61,947 bases of DNA from an uncultured Fidelibacterota bacterium (GCA_902602795.1 CACKSF010000003.1:1-61947); one strand, 5' to 3'. Counted from the first letter of the stretch, positions 28,894 to 39,544 are shown. Numbers and translations are program-made. The notes: a model not told the origin generated them from the letters alone.

Positions 28894-29678
28894 AACAATC
28901 ATTAATAAATAAACACGCTATCGTCTGTGGAAGTACAGATGGTATTGGAAAAGCATCTGCGTTACTTTTAGCAAAGCAAGGATGTGAAATCACTCTAGTC
29001 GCAAGGAATCAAGATAAGCTCGACAAAACGCAATCAGAGTTGAACACAAATCATAACCAGAAACATTATTCTGTTTGTGCTGATTTTGATAATTCGATGG
29101 ATCTTAAAAATAAAATAAAAATGCATTTAGGTTCTTTAGGTAGATCCGTTGATATTCTAGTTAATAACTCCGGAGGACCGCATGGTGGTCCACTCATTGA
29201 AGCAGATGAGGATGAATTTAGAGTTACTTTTGAAAGGTTGTTAATATGTAATCATATCATGGCAAAAGCAGTTGTTCCAGGCATGAAAGATAAAGGGGTA
29301 GGTAGGATTATCAATATAATTTCTACTTCTGTAAAACAGGTAATCCCAGGGTTGGGAGTCTCAAACACAATTAGGGGAAGCGTTGCTCAGTGGGGAAAGA
29401 CCTTGGCATTGGAGCTTGGGGAAAATGGAATTTGTGTGAATAACATTTTACCAGGATATACTGCAACGGATAGATTGAATTATTTAGCAGAGTCTAAGGC
29501 AAATTCTTTGGGCGTGGATATAGAATATATACGGAATCAATGGGCTGAAAATACTTCCCTTAAACGTATTGGGAATGTTAATGAAGTTGCGAACACAGTT
29601 TTATTTTTAGCCTCAGATGAATCAAGTTACGTAACGGGCCATAATTTTTCTGTAGATGGAGGCAGGTTTGGTGCCTGA
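28890..29678 (+). CDS. Atypical short-chain dehydrogenase/reductase in the kynurenine operon
   Basis: CGSTDGIG, VNNSGGP, VDGG; YxxxK is replaced by SNTIR. Confidence 0.9.
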   Translation: MKQSLINKHAIVCGSTDGIGKASALLLAKQGCEITLVARNQDKLDKTQSELNTNHNQKHYSVCADFDNSMDLKNKIKMHLGSLGRSVDILVNNSGGPHGGPLIEADEDEFRVTFERLLICNHIMAKAVVPGMKDKGVGRIINIISTSVKQVIPGLGVSNTIRGSVAQWGKTLALELGENGICVNNILPGYTATDRLNYLAESKANSLGVDIEYIRNQWAENTSLKRIGNVNEVANTVLFLASDESSYVTGHNFSVDGGRFGA

Positions 29679-29706
29679 CTTAAAAAATATTTTTTAAAAA
29701 CATTTT

Positions 29707-31152
29707 ATGTTAGAAATAGTAAATAACTTTATCAATGGAGAGTTTGTAGAGCCTCATAATAAAAAATATTTAGATATATATGAACCTGCGACAGGTTCTG
29801 TTTATGGTAAAGTTGCTGATTCATCAAGCCATGATATCAAAAGAGCAGTAGAGTCTGCTAAAAATGCTTTTCCTTATTGGTCTGGACTTTACATGGTAGA
29901 GAGGGGAGAGTATCTTAAAAAAATTGCTGTTGAAATAAAAAATAGATCTAATATTTTAGCAAAGTATGAATCTAGAGATACGGGCAAGCCAATTACTTTA
30001 GCAAGCAAAGTTGATATTCCAAGGGCAATTGAGAATTTTAATTTTTTTGCCAATTTTTCAGAAAATTTTTATTTTGAATCAAGTATCGAAAATGAAGTTT
30101 CTATTAACTCTGTTTCCAAAAAAGCTTTGGGCGTGGTTGGATGCATTTCCCCTTGGAATTTGCCTCTTTATCTTTTTACATGGAAGATTGCCCCAGCATT
30201 AATTGTTGGGAATACCGTGATAGCTAAACCATCTGAGATTACGCCTTATACTGCATCAAAATTAGCTGAAATTTGTTCGGATATTGGTCTGCCTAAAGGT
30301 GTTTTAAATATTGTAAATGGAACAGGCCGAATTGCTGGAGATTTAATAGTAAAAAATAAAAATATAAAAGCTATTTCATTTACAGGTGGGACAGTGACTG
30401 GCAAAAAAATTTATCAAAATTCATTTGATTCTTTTAAAAAATTGTCTTTGGAAATGGGTGGAAAGAATCCTGCCATAATCTTTGAAGATTGTGACTACGA
30501 ATCCATGCTAAAGACAGTTGTAAAATCCTCTTTTACAAATCAGGGACAGATTTGTCTATGTAGCTCCAGGATATTAGTGGAGAGCACCATATTTAAAAAA
30601 TTTAAAACTGATTTTTGCAATGTAATATCAGAATTGAAGCCTGGAGATCCTAAGGATGATAAAACAGAATTTGGCTCAATATCCTCTGAGAGCCAGTTCA
30701 AAAAAATAAAACATTATATAAATTTGGCAAAAAATGAGAGCGGTAATATTCTTTTAGGTGGTAAGGCTATACAGCTACAAGGTAGGTGCAAAAATGGTTG
30801 GTTTATTGAACCTACAGTAATTGAAGGATTAGGTAACAGAAGTTTATTGAACCAAGAAGAAATTTTTGGACCTGTGGTTACTATACAGTCATTTAAAACA
30901 GAAGAAGAAGCCATTGAAATTGCAAATGACACAAAATATGGATTATCTGCTACTATTTGGACTAACAGTCACAAGAAAAGCAATAGAGTTGCGAAAAATA
31001 TTGATGCAGGAGTAGTTTGGATTAATTGTTGGATGGTAAGAGATTTACGTACACCTTTTGGAGGAATGAAAGATTCTGGCTTGGGAAGGGAAGGTGGAGA
31101 AAGTGTTTTAAGATTTTTTACAGAACAAAAAACAATTTGTGAACCAAAATGA
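29707..31152 (+). CDS. 2-aminomuconate 6-semialdehyde dehydrogenase (ALDH8A1-like)
   Basis: SPWNLPLYLFTWKIAPA, LEMGGKNP, NQGQICLCSSR, EEIFGPV, WMVRDLRTPFGG; kynurenine context. Confidence 0.9.
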   Translation: MLEIVNNFINGEFVEPHNKKYLDIYEPATGSVYGKVADSSSHDIKRAVESAKNAFPYWSGLYMVERGEYLKKIAVEIKNRSNILAKYESRDTGKPITLASKVDIPRAIENFNFFANFSENFYFESSIENEVSINSVSKKALGVVGCISPWNLPLYLFTWKIAPALIVGNTVIAKPSEITPYTASKLAEICSDIGLPKGVLNIVNGTGRIAGDLIVKNKNIKAISFTGGTVTGKKIYQNSFDSFKKLSLEMGGKNPAIIFEDCDYESMLKTVVKSSFTNQGQICLCSSRILVESTIFKKFKTDFCNVISELKPGDPKDDKTEFGSISSESQFKKIKHYINLAKNESGNILLGGKAIQLQGRCKNGWFIEPTVIEGLGNRSLLNQEEIFGPVVTIQSFKTEEEAIEIANDTKYGLSATIWTNSHKKSNRVAKNIDAGVVWINCWMVRDLRTPFGGMKDSGLGREGGESVLRFFTEQKTICEPK

Positions 31153-31508
31153 AACCAAAGTTTGATAAACATATTTTTATTTGTACAAATGATAGAGGTC
31201 CTGATCACCCTAGGGGAGATTGTGTCAAATGCGGGGGGCTTGATATTAGAATGCGATTCGTCCATCTAATAAATAAGCACGGTTTAAAAGGAAAAGTAAG
31301 AGCAAATAAAAGTGGTTGTTTGGATGTATGCGAAATTGGGCCTGCAGTTGTAATTTATCCAAAGAATATTTGGTATACAGGAATTACTATTAAAGATGTA
31401 GATGAAATATTTGAAAAATCAGTATTGAAAAATGAAGTAGTTAATCATTTAGCCTCTAGCGAGCAAGATTGGATGTTACTCAAGGATCTAAGAAAAAAGA
31501 AAAAATGA
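31149..31508 (+). CDS. Thioredoxin-like [2Fe-2S] ferredoxin
   Basis: HIFICTN...RGDC...SGCLDVCEIGP...YP..IWY. Confidence 0.9.
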   Translation: MKPKFDKHIFICTNDRGPDHPRGDCVKCGGLDIRMRFVHLINKHGLKGKVRANKSGCLDVCEIGPAVVIYPKNIWYTGITIKDVDEIFEKSVLKNEVVNHLASSEQDWMLLKDLRKKKK

Positions 31509-31921
31509 ATAAAAAAATAAATTCTAGCAGTGCACCAGAACCAGTAGGGAGCTACCCTCATACAAGAAAAGTAGGAAACTTATTATTTTTATCTGGAGTA
31601 GGCCCCAGAAAGCCAGGAACAAAAGTAATCCCAGGTGTTATGGTGGATGGGCAAGGAAATCCTCTTGGACATGATATAGAGATCCAGTGCCACTCTGTAT
31701 TTAAAAATGTTAAAATTATTTTAGAGGAGACAGGAAGTCATTGGAATAACCTAGTTGATGTAACTGTATTTTTAACAAATATGAAGAGAGATTTTGAAAT
31801 ATATAATTCAATTTATTCAGAATATTTTAAAGATAATCAGCCCTGTAGAACAACAGTTGAGGTAGTATCCTTACCAACTCCAATTGCGATTGAATTAAAA
31901 TGCATAGCAACAATTGACTAG
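31505..31921 (+). CDS. Rid/YjgF family protein, probable 2-aminomuconate deaminase
   Basis: GSYPH, LFLSGVGPR, PCRTTVEV..LPTPIAIELK; ATG 31505 overlaps the ferredoxin stop. Confidence 0.88.
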   Translation: MNKKINSSSAPEPVGSYPHTRKVGNLLFLSGVGPRKPGTKVIPGVMVDGQGNPLGHDIEIQCHSVFKNVKIILEETGSHWNNLVDVTVFLTNMKRDFEIYNSIYSEYFKDNQPCRTTVEVVSLPTPIAIELKCIATID

Positions 31922-31929
31922 AAGTATTT

Positions 31930-32445
31930 ATGAACTTGCTTCCTCCTATTAATTTTAAGAACTGGATTGAAAAGAATAGGCATCTTCTAAAGCCTCCTGT
32001 TGGAAACAAAGTTGTCTATGAAAATAGTGATTTTATGATCATGGTAGTAGGAGGGCCTAACTCACGAAAGGATTATCATGTGGATCCAGTAGAAGAATTC
32101 TTCTACCAAGTAGAGGGTGATATGGTCCTTAAAGTTATGGAAAACCATAAAAGGATTGATATTACTATTAAAGAAGGAGAAATATTTTTATTACCAAAAA
32201 ATATTCCGCATTCGCCTCAGAGGCTTCAGAATACAGTAGGGCTAGTGATCGAGTATAAAAGGGAGGAAGGGGCTTTAGACAGTTTTCAATGGTATTGTGA
32301 GCAATGTGATAATCTTCTTCATGAAGTAACACTAGATTTGGAAGACATAGTTACTCAACTTCCCCCATTATTTGATTCTTATTGGAATGACATTCAAGCG
32401 AGAACTTGTGTTAAATGTGGCTCTACTCAGAATCCTCCAAACTGA
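31930..32445 (+). CDS. nbaC: 3-hydroxyanthranilate 3,4-dioxygenase
   Basis: KPPVGNK, GGPNSRKDYH, EEFFYQ, PHSPQR, rubredoxin-like CEQC/CVKC. Confidence 0.97.
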   Translation: MNLLPPINFKNWIEKNRHLLKPPVGNKVVYENSDFMIMVVGGPNSRKDYHVDPVEEFFYQVEGDMVLKVMENHKRIDITIKEGEIFLLPKNIPHSPQRLQNTVGLVIEYKREEGALDSFQWYCEQCDNLLHEVTLDLEDIVTQLPPLFDSYWNDIQARTCVKCGSTQNPPN

Positions 32446-32451
32446 TTTATT

Positions 32452-33459
32452 TTGGTTGTAGACATACATACTCATATTCTTCCAAAAGATCTTCCTGATT
32501 TGGAGAAAAAGTTTGGATATGGTGGTTGGATACGTCTAGATCCCAATCCTAATGGAACTGCAAATATGATAAAGGATGGGAAGCAGTTTCGTGTAGTAGA
32601 GTGTAATTGCTGGGATCCTATTGCTAGGTTAGAGGACTGTCGCAAAAGTGGTGTCGATTTGCAAGTGCTTTCCACAATACCTGTTATGTTTAGCTATTGG
32701 GCACAACCAAAGCATACTCATATACTTTCAAGAATGCTTAATGATGATATAGCTGAGACTATTCAAGAAAACCCCAAAAAGTTTGTAGGCTTAGGTACAA
32801 TTCCAATGCAAGATGAGAAACTAGCAATAAAAGAGTTGGAAAGGTGTATCCAAGAGCTAGGATTATCTGGTGTGCAGATTGGATCAAATATTAATGGAGA
32901 GAATCTGAGTTCTCCTAACTTTTATTCAATATTTGAAGCGGCATCGGATTTAGGTGCCTCTATATTTGTGCATCCTTGGGACATAATGGGGAAAAATCAG
33001 ATGGAAAAATATTGGTTGCCGTGGTTAGTAGGTATGCCAGCAGAAACAAGTAGAGCTATTTGCTCAATGATATTTGGTGGTGTATTTGAAAAATTACCAA
33101 AACTAAGAGTGGCATTTGCTCATGGAGGCGGAGCATTCCCAGCAACTATTGGTAGAATTCAACATGGCTTTGATTCTCGTCCAGATCTTTGTGCTATTGA
33201 TAATAATGTGGATCCCATTAACTATTTAGGAAAATTTTGGATTGATTCGTTGGTACATGACATTGATATGCTGAAGTTTCTTATAAATAAAATTGGTAGC
33301 ACAAGAATTGCTATGGGATCGGATTATCCATTCCCTCTTGGCGAAACGGAACCAGGATCTCTTATCAAGAATTCAAATCTTACCAAAGAGAATAAAGAAA
33401 ATCTTCTTTATAAGAGCGCAATTGACTGGTTAGCATTAAAAAACACTTTTTTTGAATGA
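32452..33459 (+). CDS. nbaD: 2-amino-3-carboxymuconate 6-semialdehyde decarboxylase (ACMSD)
   Basis: [53 protein letters not shown]. Confidence 0.95.
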   Translation: MVVDIHTHILPKDLPDLEKKFGYGGWIRLDPNPNGTANMIKDGKQFRVVECNCWDPIARLEDCRKSGVDLQVLSTIPVMFSYWAQPKHTHILSRMLNDDIAETIQENPKKFVGLGTIPMQDEKLAIKELERCIQELGLSGVQIGSNINGENLSSPNFYSIFEAASDLGASIFVHPWDIMGKNQMEKYWLPWLVGMPAETSRAICSMIFGGVFEKLPKLRVAFAHGGGAFPATIGRIQHGFDSRPDLCAIDNNVDPINYLGKFWIDSLVHDIDMLKFLINKIGSTRIAMGSDYPFPLGETEPGSLIKNSNLTKENKENLLYKSAIDWLALKNTFFE

Positions 33460-34697
33460 AGTACGAAAAATCAGAAGCATTTGCGCAACATCTTGACGAA
33501 ACAGATAAGCTTGCAAAACACCGTAACGATTTTTTTTATCCAAAAGATAATAACAATAATGAATTGATATATTTTGCTGGTAATTCTTTAGGACTTCAGC
33601 CTAAAAAAGTTTCAGATTATTTAACAAAAGAATTGTGTCTTTGGTCGGAAAAGGGTGTGCTTGGACAGGAAGAAAGATGGATCGAGTATCATGAGAAATT
33701 TAATGAATCTACCGCAAAATTAGTTGGTGCATTACCTTCAGAAGTAGTTGTAATGAATGCATTAACCTTAAATATTCACCTGCTTTTGATTTCTTTTTAT
33801 CAACCATGCGAAGCTAAATACAAAATAATCATTGAAAAGGATGCTTTTCCTTCGGACTACTATGCAGTGCAGAGCCAAATAAAATTACATGGATTTGAAC
33901 CCAAAAAAGCATTGATAGAACTCACTCCAAGAGTAGGCGAAAAAATTTTACGCCACGACGATATTTTTGCAACAATTGAATCTCACAGAGACGAAATTGC
34001 TTTGATTTACTTAGGGGGAGTTAACTATTACACCGGACAGTCTTTTAACTTAAAAGAAATAGCAAAAGTCGGTAGAAAAAATGGATCAATAGTTGGATTT
34101 AATCTTGCACACAGTGCAGGTAATTTGTTACTGCGCTTACATGATTGGGACGTAGATTTTTCTGCATGGTGCACATATAAATACCTTTGTGCTGGTCCTG
34201 GAAGTCCATCGGGTGTTTTTGTTCACAAGCGGCATCATAAATGGAATGGTCCTAGGTTGCTTGGTTGGTGGGGAAATAATAAAGATTCTAGATTTGAAAT
34301 GTCATCTACATTTGACCCTATTAATACTGCTGAAGGTTGGCAAATTAGCAATGCACCTATTATGGGTATGGCTCCTCTTTTAGCTGCTATGAATATTTAC
34401 AGCAAGGCTGGGATGAATTCAATTCGGGAAAAAGGGGAAAATATCTCGTTTTATATGGAATTTTTAATTCATCAACAGATACCATCTGTCCATATTATCA
34501 CACCAGAGGATAGAGGATGTCAACTTTCTCTGGTAGTACCTAAAGGAAAGAAGATACATGATTATCTCTTAAAAAAAGGTGTAATTTGTGATTGGAGAAA
34601 TCCTGATGTAATCCGAGTTGCCCCACATCCATTATATAACTCGTATGTTGAGGTGTTTAATTTTGTAAAAATTTTAAAGGATGCGATTGAAAACTAA
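33456..34697 (+). CDS. kynU: Kynureninase
   Basis: [26 protein letters not shown] (PLP Lys), GWWG, RGCQLS. Confidence 0.97.
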   Translation: MKYEKSEAFAQHLDETDKLAKHRNDFFYPKDNNNNELIYFAGNSLGLQPKKVSDYLTKELCLWSEKGVLGQEERWIEYHEKFNESTAKLVGALPSEVVVMNALTLNIHLLLISFYQPCEAKYKIIIEKDAFPSDYYAVQSQIKLHGFEPKKALIELTPRVGEKILRHDDIFATIESHRDEIALIYLGGVNYYTGQSFNLKEIAKVGRKNGSIVGFNLAHSAGNLLLRLHDWDVDFSAWCTYKYLCAGPGSPSGVFVHKRHHKWNGPRLLGWWGNNKDSRFEMSSTFDPINTAEGWQISNAPIMGMAPLLAAMNIYSKAGMNSIREKGENISFYMEFLIHQQIPSVHIITPEDRGCQLSLVVPKGKKIHDYLLKKGVICDWRNPDVIRVAPHPLYNSYVEVFNFVKILKDAIEN

Positions 34698-36012
34698 AGA
34701 ACATATTTCTCTTATTGGCGCAGGTTTATCTGGCCCCGTAATGGCATCCTATTTGTCATCAATAGGTTTTTCAACTGATATATACGAATCGAGATCAGAT
34801 ATGAGAACAAATTTATTATCAGCAGGAAGATCTATAAATCTTGCTTTGTCTGTTAGAGGCATTAAGGCTTTAAAAGATATAGGTGTTTATGAAAAAATTA
34901 AACCAACTCTCATACCTATGAGTGGGCGCATGATTCATGATGCTAATGGGGATGTACATCTTCAGCCTTACGGTCAAAAAAAGAATGAAGTTATTTATTC
35001 AGTATCAAGATCAAATTTGAATAAAATCTTGATGGATTATGCAGAAAGCACCTACAGTGTAAATTTTAATTTTGATCATCAATTACAAGATATTGATTTA
35101 AATAAACTGACATTACGTTTCCAGAATAAGGATATACCTTTTAATAGAATTTTAGGCTCTGATGGCGCATCTTCAAAAGTAAGAGATTTTATAAGTGAAA
35201 ATTCAGATGCCTCTTTTTTAAAAAAACCTTTAGGGCATGGATACAAAGAGCTTACGATTATTCCAAATAATAATGGTGAATTTCAACTAGACAGTAGTTC
35301 TTTGCATATTTGGCCCCGAGGAGAATTCATGCTGATTGCCTTACCAAATTTTGATCGATCTTTTACTTGCACATTATTTTTGCCAATGGAAGGAGATAAT
35401 AGTTTTTCTTATCTCGATTCAGAAAAAAAGGTGTTTAAATTTTTTAAAAAATATTTTCCGGATACCTTGCAATTGATCTCAGATATTCCAGGGGAATATC
35501 ATAAAAAACCTGTTGGGAAATTAGGCTCTATATATTGCAGTAAGTGGCATTATAATGACCGTGCCGCAATTTTTGGAGATGCTGCTCATACTATTGTTCC
35601 GTTTTTTGGACAAGGTATGAATGCGTCCTTACAAGATTGTACGGTAATGCATTCCTTTGTAAAGAGATATGACGGCAATTGGGATAAAATATTTAAAAGT
35701 TTTTCAGAAAAACATGTCCCTAATGGACATGCAATAGCTGATATGGCTTTAGAAAACTATATTGAAATGCGAGATTCTGTCAATGATCCCAAATATAAAA
35801 TCAAAAGGGAGTTAGAGTTTGAATTAGAAAATAAATTTTGGGATCGTTTTGTTCCAAGATATTCAATGGTCTCTTTCCATGATCTACCATATTTAGAAGT
35901 ATATAGAAGAGGTCAAGTTCAATCCAAATTAATGCATTCATTTATATTAGGTGATTTGACAAAGAAAAAATTGTACGAGCAGATAGAGTCAAAGTTAACT
36001 CCAATACGATGA
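34681..36012 (+). CDS. kmo: Kynurenine 3-monooxygenase
   Basis: GRSINLALSVRG, HGYKEL, LHIWPRG, GDAAHTIVPFFGQGMN, ALENYIEMRD. Confidence 0.96.
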   Translation: MRLKTKEHISLIGAGLSGPVMASYLSSIGFSTDIYESRSDMRTNLLSAGRSINLALSVRGIKALKDIGVYEKIKPTLIPMSGRMIHDANGDVHLQPYGQKKNEVIYSVSRSNLNKILMDYAESTYSVNFNFDHQLQDIDLNKLTLRFQNKDIPFNRILGSDGASSKVRDFISENSDASFLKKPLGHGYKELTIIPNNNGEFQLDSSSLHIWPRGEFMLIALPNFDRSFTCTLFLPMEGDNSFSYLDSEKKVFKFFKKYFPDTLQLISDIPGEYHKKPVGKLGSIYCSKWHYNDRAAIFGDAAHTIVPFFGQGMNASLQDCTVMHSFVKRYDGNWDKIFKSFSEKHVPNGHAIADMALENYIEMRDSVNDPKYKIKRELEFELENKFWDRFVPRYSMVSFHDLPYLEVYRRGQVQSKLMHSFILGDLTKKKLYEQIESKLTPIR

Positions 36013-36332
36013 AGAAATATTTATTGAATAGTGCATGTCTATTTTGTTGTGTTTTGATTTTATGTTGATCGGGTATTTTTGATTCATTTATCGCTACCAA
36101 TCACAATGATGTTTTACTTAGATCTATGAAAGGAAAAAATATTTTATCCAATCGATCAGATAGTCATTCTGATTTTGATAAGTTTGAGAAGGAAAGTGTA
36201 GAAGTTTTGCCAAAAAACATTGACAATATTGGTAACCTTACTGCGTTAAAAAAGATACTATTAGATCGAAGATGTACTAAAAAAATTAAGTTGAAAATTT
36301 TTAAACGTATATTTAAAGAGGTTTTGCAATGA
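36009..36332 (+). pseudogene. Probable degraded exported protein with in-frame TGA (LRR-like fragment)
   Basis: ATG 36009 overlaps the kmo stop and reads MKKYLLNSACLFCCVLILC-TGA(36066)-SGIF..., continuing in frame into ORF 36126..36332, which contains LPKNIDNIGNLTALKKILL. Confidence 0.45.
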
Positions 36333-36730
36333 CGTCCAAAGTAATTTATAAAGGAGATTTAGGAACAAAGGCACATCATCTTCAATCGGGTAATTTTATT
36401 GTGACTGATGCTCCAGTTGATAATCAAGGAAAGGGCGAAGCCTTTTCTCCAACAGATTTAGTTGCTACGGCACTGGCCTCCTGTATGTTAACTGTTATGG
36501 GGATTGTGGCCGAAAGAAATAATATAGAACTAAAAGGTACAACCGCTGAAGTAGAAAAAATAATGGGTATGATGCCCAGACAAATAAGTGAAATAAAAAT
36601 CAAAATTTTTTTTAAGAAAAATTTTGATAAAATAACAAAACGTAGATTGGAAAGTGTAGCACTAACCTGTCCTGTAAGTAATAGCTTAAATAAAAATTTA
36701 GAAGTATCTACAACATTTATCTATCCATGA
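36329..36730 (+). CDS. OsmC family protein
   Basis: TDAPVDNQGKGEAFSPTDL..ALASC, CPVSNSL. Confidence 0.93.
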   Translation: MTSKVIYKGDLGTKAHHLQSGNFIVTDAPVDNQGKGEAFSPTDLVATALASCMLTVMGIVAERNNIELKGTTAEVEKIMGMMPRQISEIKIKIFFKKNFDKITKRRLESVALTCPVSNSLNKNLEVSTTFIYP

Positions 36731-36769
36731 GCAAAATAGACATAAATCCACTAAGTTTCATTTCTAAAG

Positions 36770-37435
36770 ATGACTGATAATTTTAAACTAGCACCATCCA
36801 TTTTATCGGCAGATTTTTCCGATCTTCAATCGGCACTAAAAATTTGTGATGGAGGCAATGCTCATTGGATACATGTTGATGTTATGGATAATCAGTTTGT
36901 ACCAAATCTTACTATTGGTCCACCAGTGGTGAAATCATTGAGGTCAAAAACACAAAAATTTATGGATGTTCACATGATGGTTATTAATCCAGAGAAGCTT
37001 GTAGAGCCTTTTGCCAGAGCAGGAGCAGATAATATAACATTCCATATTGAAGCTACAGATGAACCTGAAAATATTATTGATCTGATTCGCTCTTGTGGGT
37101 GTAAGGTAGGAGTGTCTATCAAACCTAAAACGCCATTATCTGATATCTATCCTATTCTTGATAGGGTAGATGTCGTGCTAGTAATGAGCGTAGAGCCAGG
37201 TTTTGGAGGCCAAGGTTATCTTCCAGAATCAAGTGAAAAAATAGCCTCCATTAAGTCCTTTTTAACTGAAAATTGTCTTGACCGTGTATCAATTGAAGTG
37301 GATGGAGGTATTAAACTTCATAACGCGAAAAGTATTTTGGAAGCGGGTGCTGATATTTTAGTTGCAGGATCAGAAGTTTTTAAATCAAATGATCCAGTTC
37401 AAACTATTAAAGATTTTTATAAATTATCTAACTAA
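36770..37435 (+). CDS. rpe: Ribulose-phosphate 3-epimerase
   Basis: APSILSADF, HVDVMD, MSVEPGFGGQ, EVDGG. Confidence 0.97.
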   Translation: MTDNFKLAPSILSADFSDLQSALKICDGGNAHWIHVDVMDNQFVPNLTIGPPVVKSLRSKTQKFMDVHMMVINPEKLVEPFARAGADNITFHIEATDEPENIIDLIRSCGCKVGVSIKPKTPLSDIYPILDRVDVVLVMSVEPGFGGQGYLPESSEKIASIKSFLTENCLDRVSIEVDGGIKLHNAKSILEAGADILVAGSEVFKSNDPVQTIKDFYKLSN

Positions 37436-37516
37436 TAATCTGTTTAATTTATCCTTATCATAAATAAGATATTTATTAACAGCTAAAAATATTTTCAATT
37501 ATTAAAAATTAATTTT

Positions 37517-39544
37517 ATGAAAACTTATCATGATATTGCTAGTTTTACCCAATGGTCCGATTTTGATAAAGACCAATATTCAATTGCGGTAATCAAGGGA
37601 TTGGTCATGGATGCTACCAGAGAGGCTAACAGTGGCCATCCTGGAGGTCCATTATCATGTGCAGATTTTGCATACGTGCTATATAAACATTATTTAAAAT
37701 TTGATCCAGAAAATCCTAATTGGTTTAACCGAGACCGGTTTGTACTCTCTGGTGGACATATGTCAATGGTGCAATATGCATTATTACTTTTTACAGGTTG
37801 GTTAACACTCGATGACCTAAAGAAATTTCGTCAGCTTCATAGTAATACACCTGGGCATCCTGAAGTTGAAATTCCTGGGGTAGAATGTACAACTGGACCA
37901 CTAGGTCAGGGCTTTGCCATGGCTACAGGAATGGCACATGGAGAAGCTTATCTGCGTAATATATTTACCAATAGCTCTATAAAAGCATCTAATTTAGTAG
38001 ATCACTATACCTATGTACTTGCAAGTGATGGTGATCTGCAAGAACCCGTTGCGTTAGGTTCTGCATCGCTAGCTGGACATCTATGTCTATCCAAACTTAT
38101 TGTTTTTTACGATGCAAATGAAGCTCAGATATCTGGGAATACAAATCGCTCAGATTCTACGGATTATAAAAAAATATTTGATGGTTTCAATTGGCATGTT
38201 CAAGAAATAAATGGTCATAATCATGATGAGATAAAAAAATCTATAGAATCAGCCCAGCAAGAGGATAGGCCTAGTATAATTATAGGCAATACTATTATGG
38301 CTAAAGGTACTGCTAGCATGGAAGGTGATCATAATACTCATGGAGCTCCACTTCCACAAAAAGAGATTGACAGTTCTAAGAAAAAGCTTGGGCTTCCTAA
38401 TGAAAAATTTTATTATCCTGATCAAATTAAGGATTATTTTCAATCCAGATATTCTAAACTCTCTTCCGAAGTTCGTTTTTGGGATGATGAAAAAGATCGA
38501 TTAGTATCTTTGCAAGACATCTCTTCCTTAATATCAATTTGTATTGAGGATAACCTACCAAATTTTAAATATCCCACTTTTAATTCTGGAGATTCTATTG
38601 CGACGAGAAAAGCTTTTGGAGCAACTCTAGATAAATTTGCAAGTAAAATACCTAACCTTATTGGTGGATCAGCAGATTTAGAGCCATCTAACTATACTGG
38701 CAATTTTGCAGAAACGTATAAAGATTTTTCTAGAGGCGATCAATCTGGACGTAACATACCTTTTGGTGTGCGAGAATTTCCGATGGCTTCAATGATGAAT
38801 GGTATGGCTCTTCATGGAGGTTTGATACCATTTGGCGGAACATTTTTGGTTTTTGCTGATTATGAGCGTCCTGCTTTACGGCTTGGTGCATTGCAAAATG
38901 TAAGGGTTATTCATGAGTTCACGCATGATTCCTTTTATGTCGGTGAGGATGGGCCAACTCATCAGCCCATTGAACATGCAATGTCATTAAGGACAATACC
39001 TAATTTCAATGTTTTTAGACCGGCTGATGCCAAGGAGACGGCAATCTGTTTTCGTATAGCTTTGGAAAACAAGTATACCCCAAGTGCTTTATTATTAACT
39101 AGACAAGGTGTTCCGGTTCTTGCGCACAATTATGCTACATTAGAACATGATGTAAAGAAAGGAGCCTACATAGTTCAGGATAGTGAAAAAACACCGGAAT
39201 TAATATTAATTGCTACTGGCTCAGAAGTTTCTCTTGCACTTGAAACTGCTAAGTTGATGAAAGATAAGAACATTAGAGTAATTAGTATGCCATGTATGGA
39301 AATTTTCGAAAAACAGGATAGTGATTACAAGTCTTCTATTATACCTGGTAGAGGGTGTTTGAAAGTAACAATTGAGGCAGGAATAACTCATGGATGGGAA
39401 AAATTTTCAGGTGTTAATGGTCTATCCATTGGAATAAATCATTTTGGTGCTTCAGCTCCGGGGAAAGTTCTCGCGGATGAATTTGGTTTTACTGCTGAAA
39501 AAATAGAAATAAGAATTAGAGATCACCTAAAAACTCTCTTATGA
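37517..39544 (+). CDS. tkt: Transketolase
   Basis: NSGHPG, TTGPLGQG, SDGDLQE, FGVREF, VGEDGPTHQP. Confidence 0.97.
   Translation: MKTYHDIASFTQWSDFDKDQYSIAVIKGLVMDATREANSGHPGGPLSCADFAYVLYKHYLKFDPENPNWFNRDRFVLSGGHMSMVQYALLLFTGWLTLDDLKKFRQLHSNTPGHPEVEIPGVECTTGPLGQGFAMATGMAHGEAYLRNIFTNSSIKASNLVDHYTYVLASDGDLQEPVALGSASLAGHLCLSKLIVFYDANEAQISGNTNRSDSTDYKKIFDGFNWHVQEINGHNHDEIKKSIESAQQEDRPSIIIGNTIMAKGTASMEGDHNTHGAPLPQKEIDSSKKKLGLPNEKFYYPDQIKDYFQSRYSKLSSEVRFWDDEKDRLVSLQDISSLISICIEDNLPNFKYPTFNSGDSIATRKAFGATLDKFASKIPNLIGGSADLEPSNYTGNFAETYKDFSRGDQSGRNIPFGVREFPMASMMNGMALHGGLIPFGGTFLVFADYERPALRLGALQNVRVIHEFTHDSFYVGEDGPTHQPIEHAMSLRTIPNFNVFRPADAKETAICFRIALENKYTPSALLLTRQGVPVLAHNYATLEHDVKKGAYIVQDSEKTPELILIATGSEVSLALETAKLMKDKNIRVISMPCMEIFEKQDSDYKSSIIPGRGCLKVTIEAGITHGWEKFSGVNGLSIGINHFGASAPGKVLADEFGFTAEKIEIRIRDHLKTLL

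Noticed and set aside
31930-33459. Picolinate/quinolinate made as a metallophore serving the iron island
   Set aside because: The dehydrogenase and deaminase would drain the precursor, and no Fur-like box was seen upstream of the operon; purely speculative.
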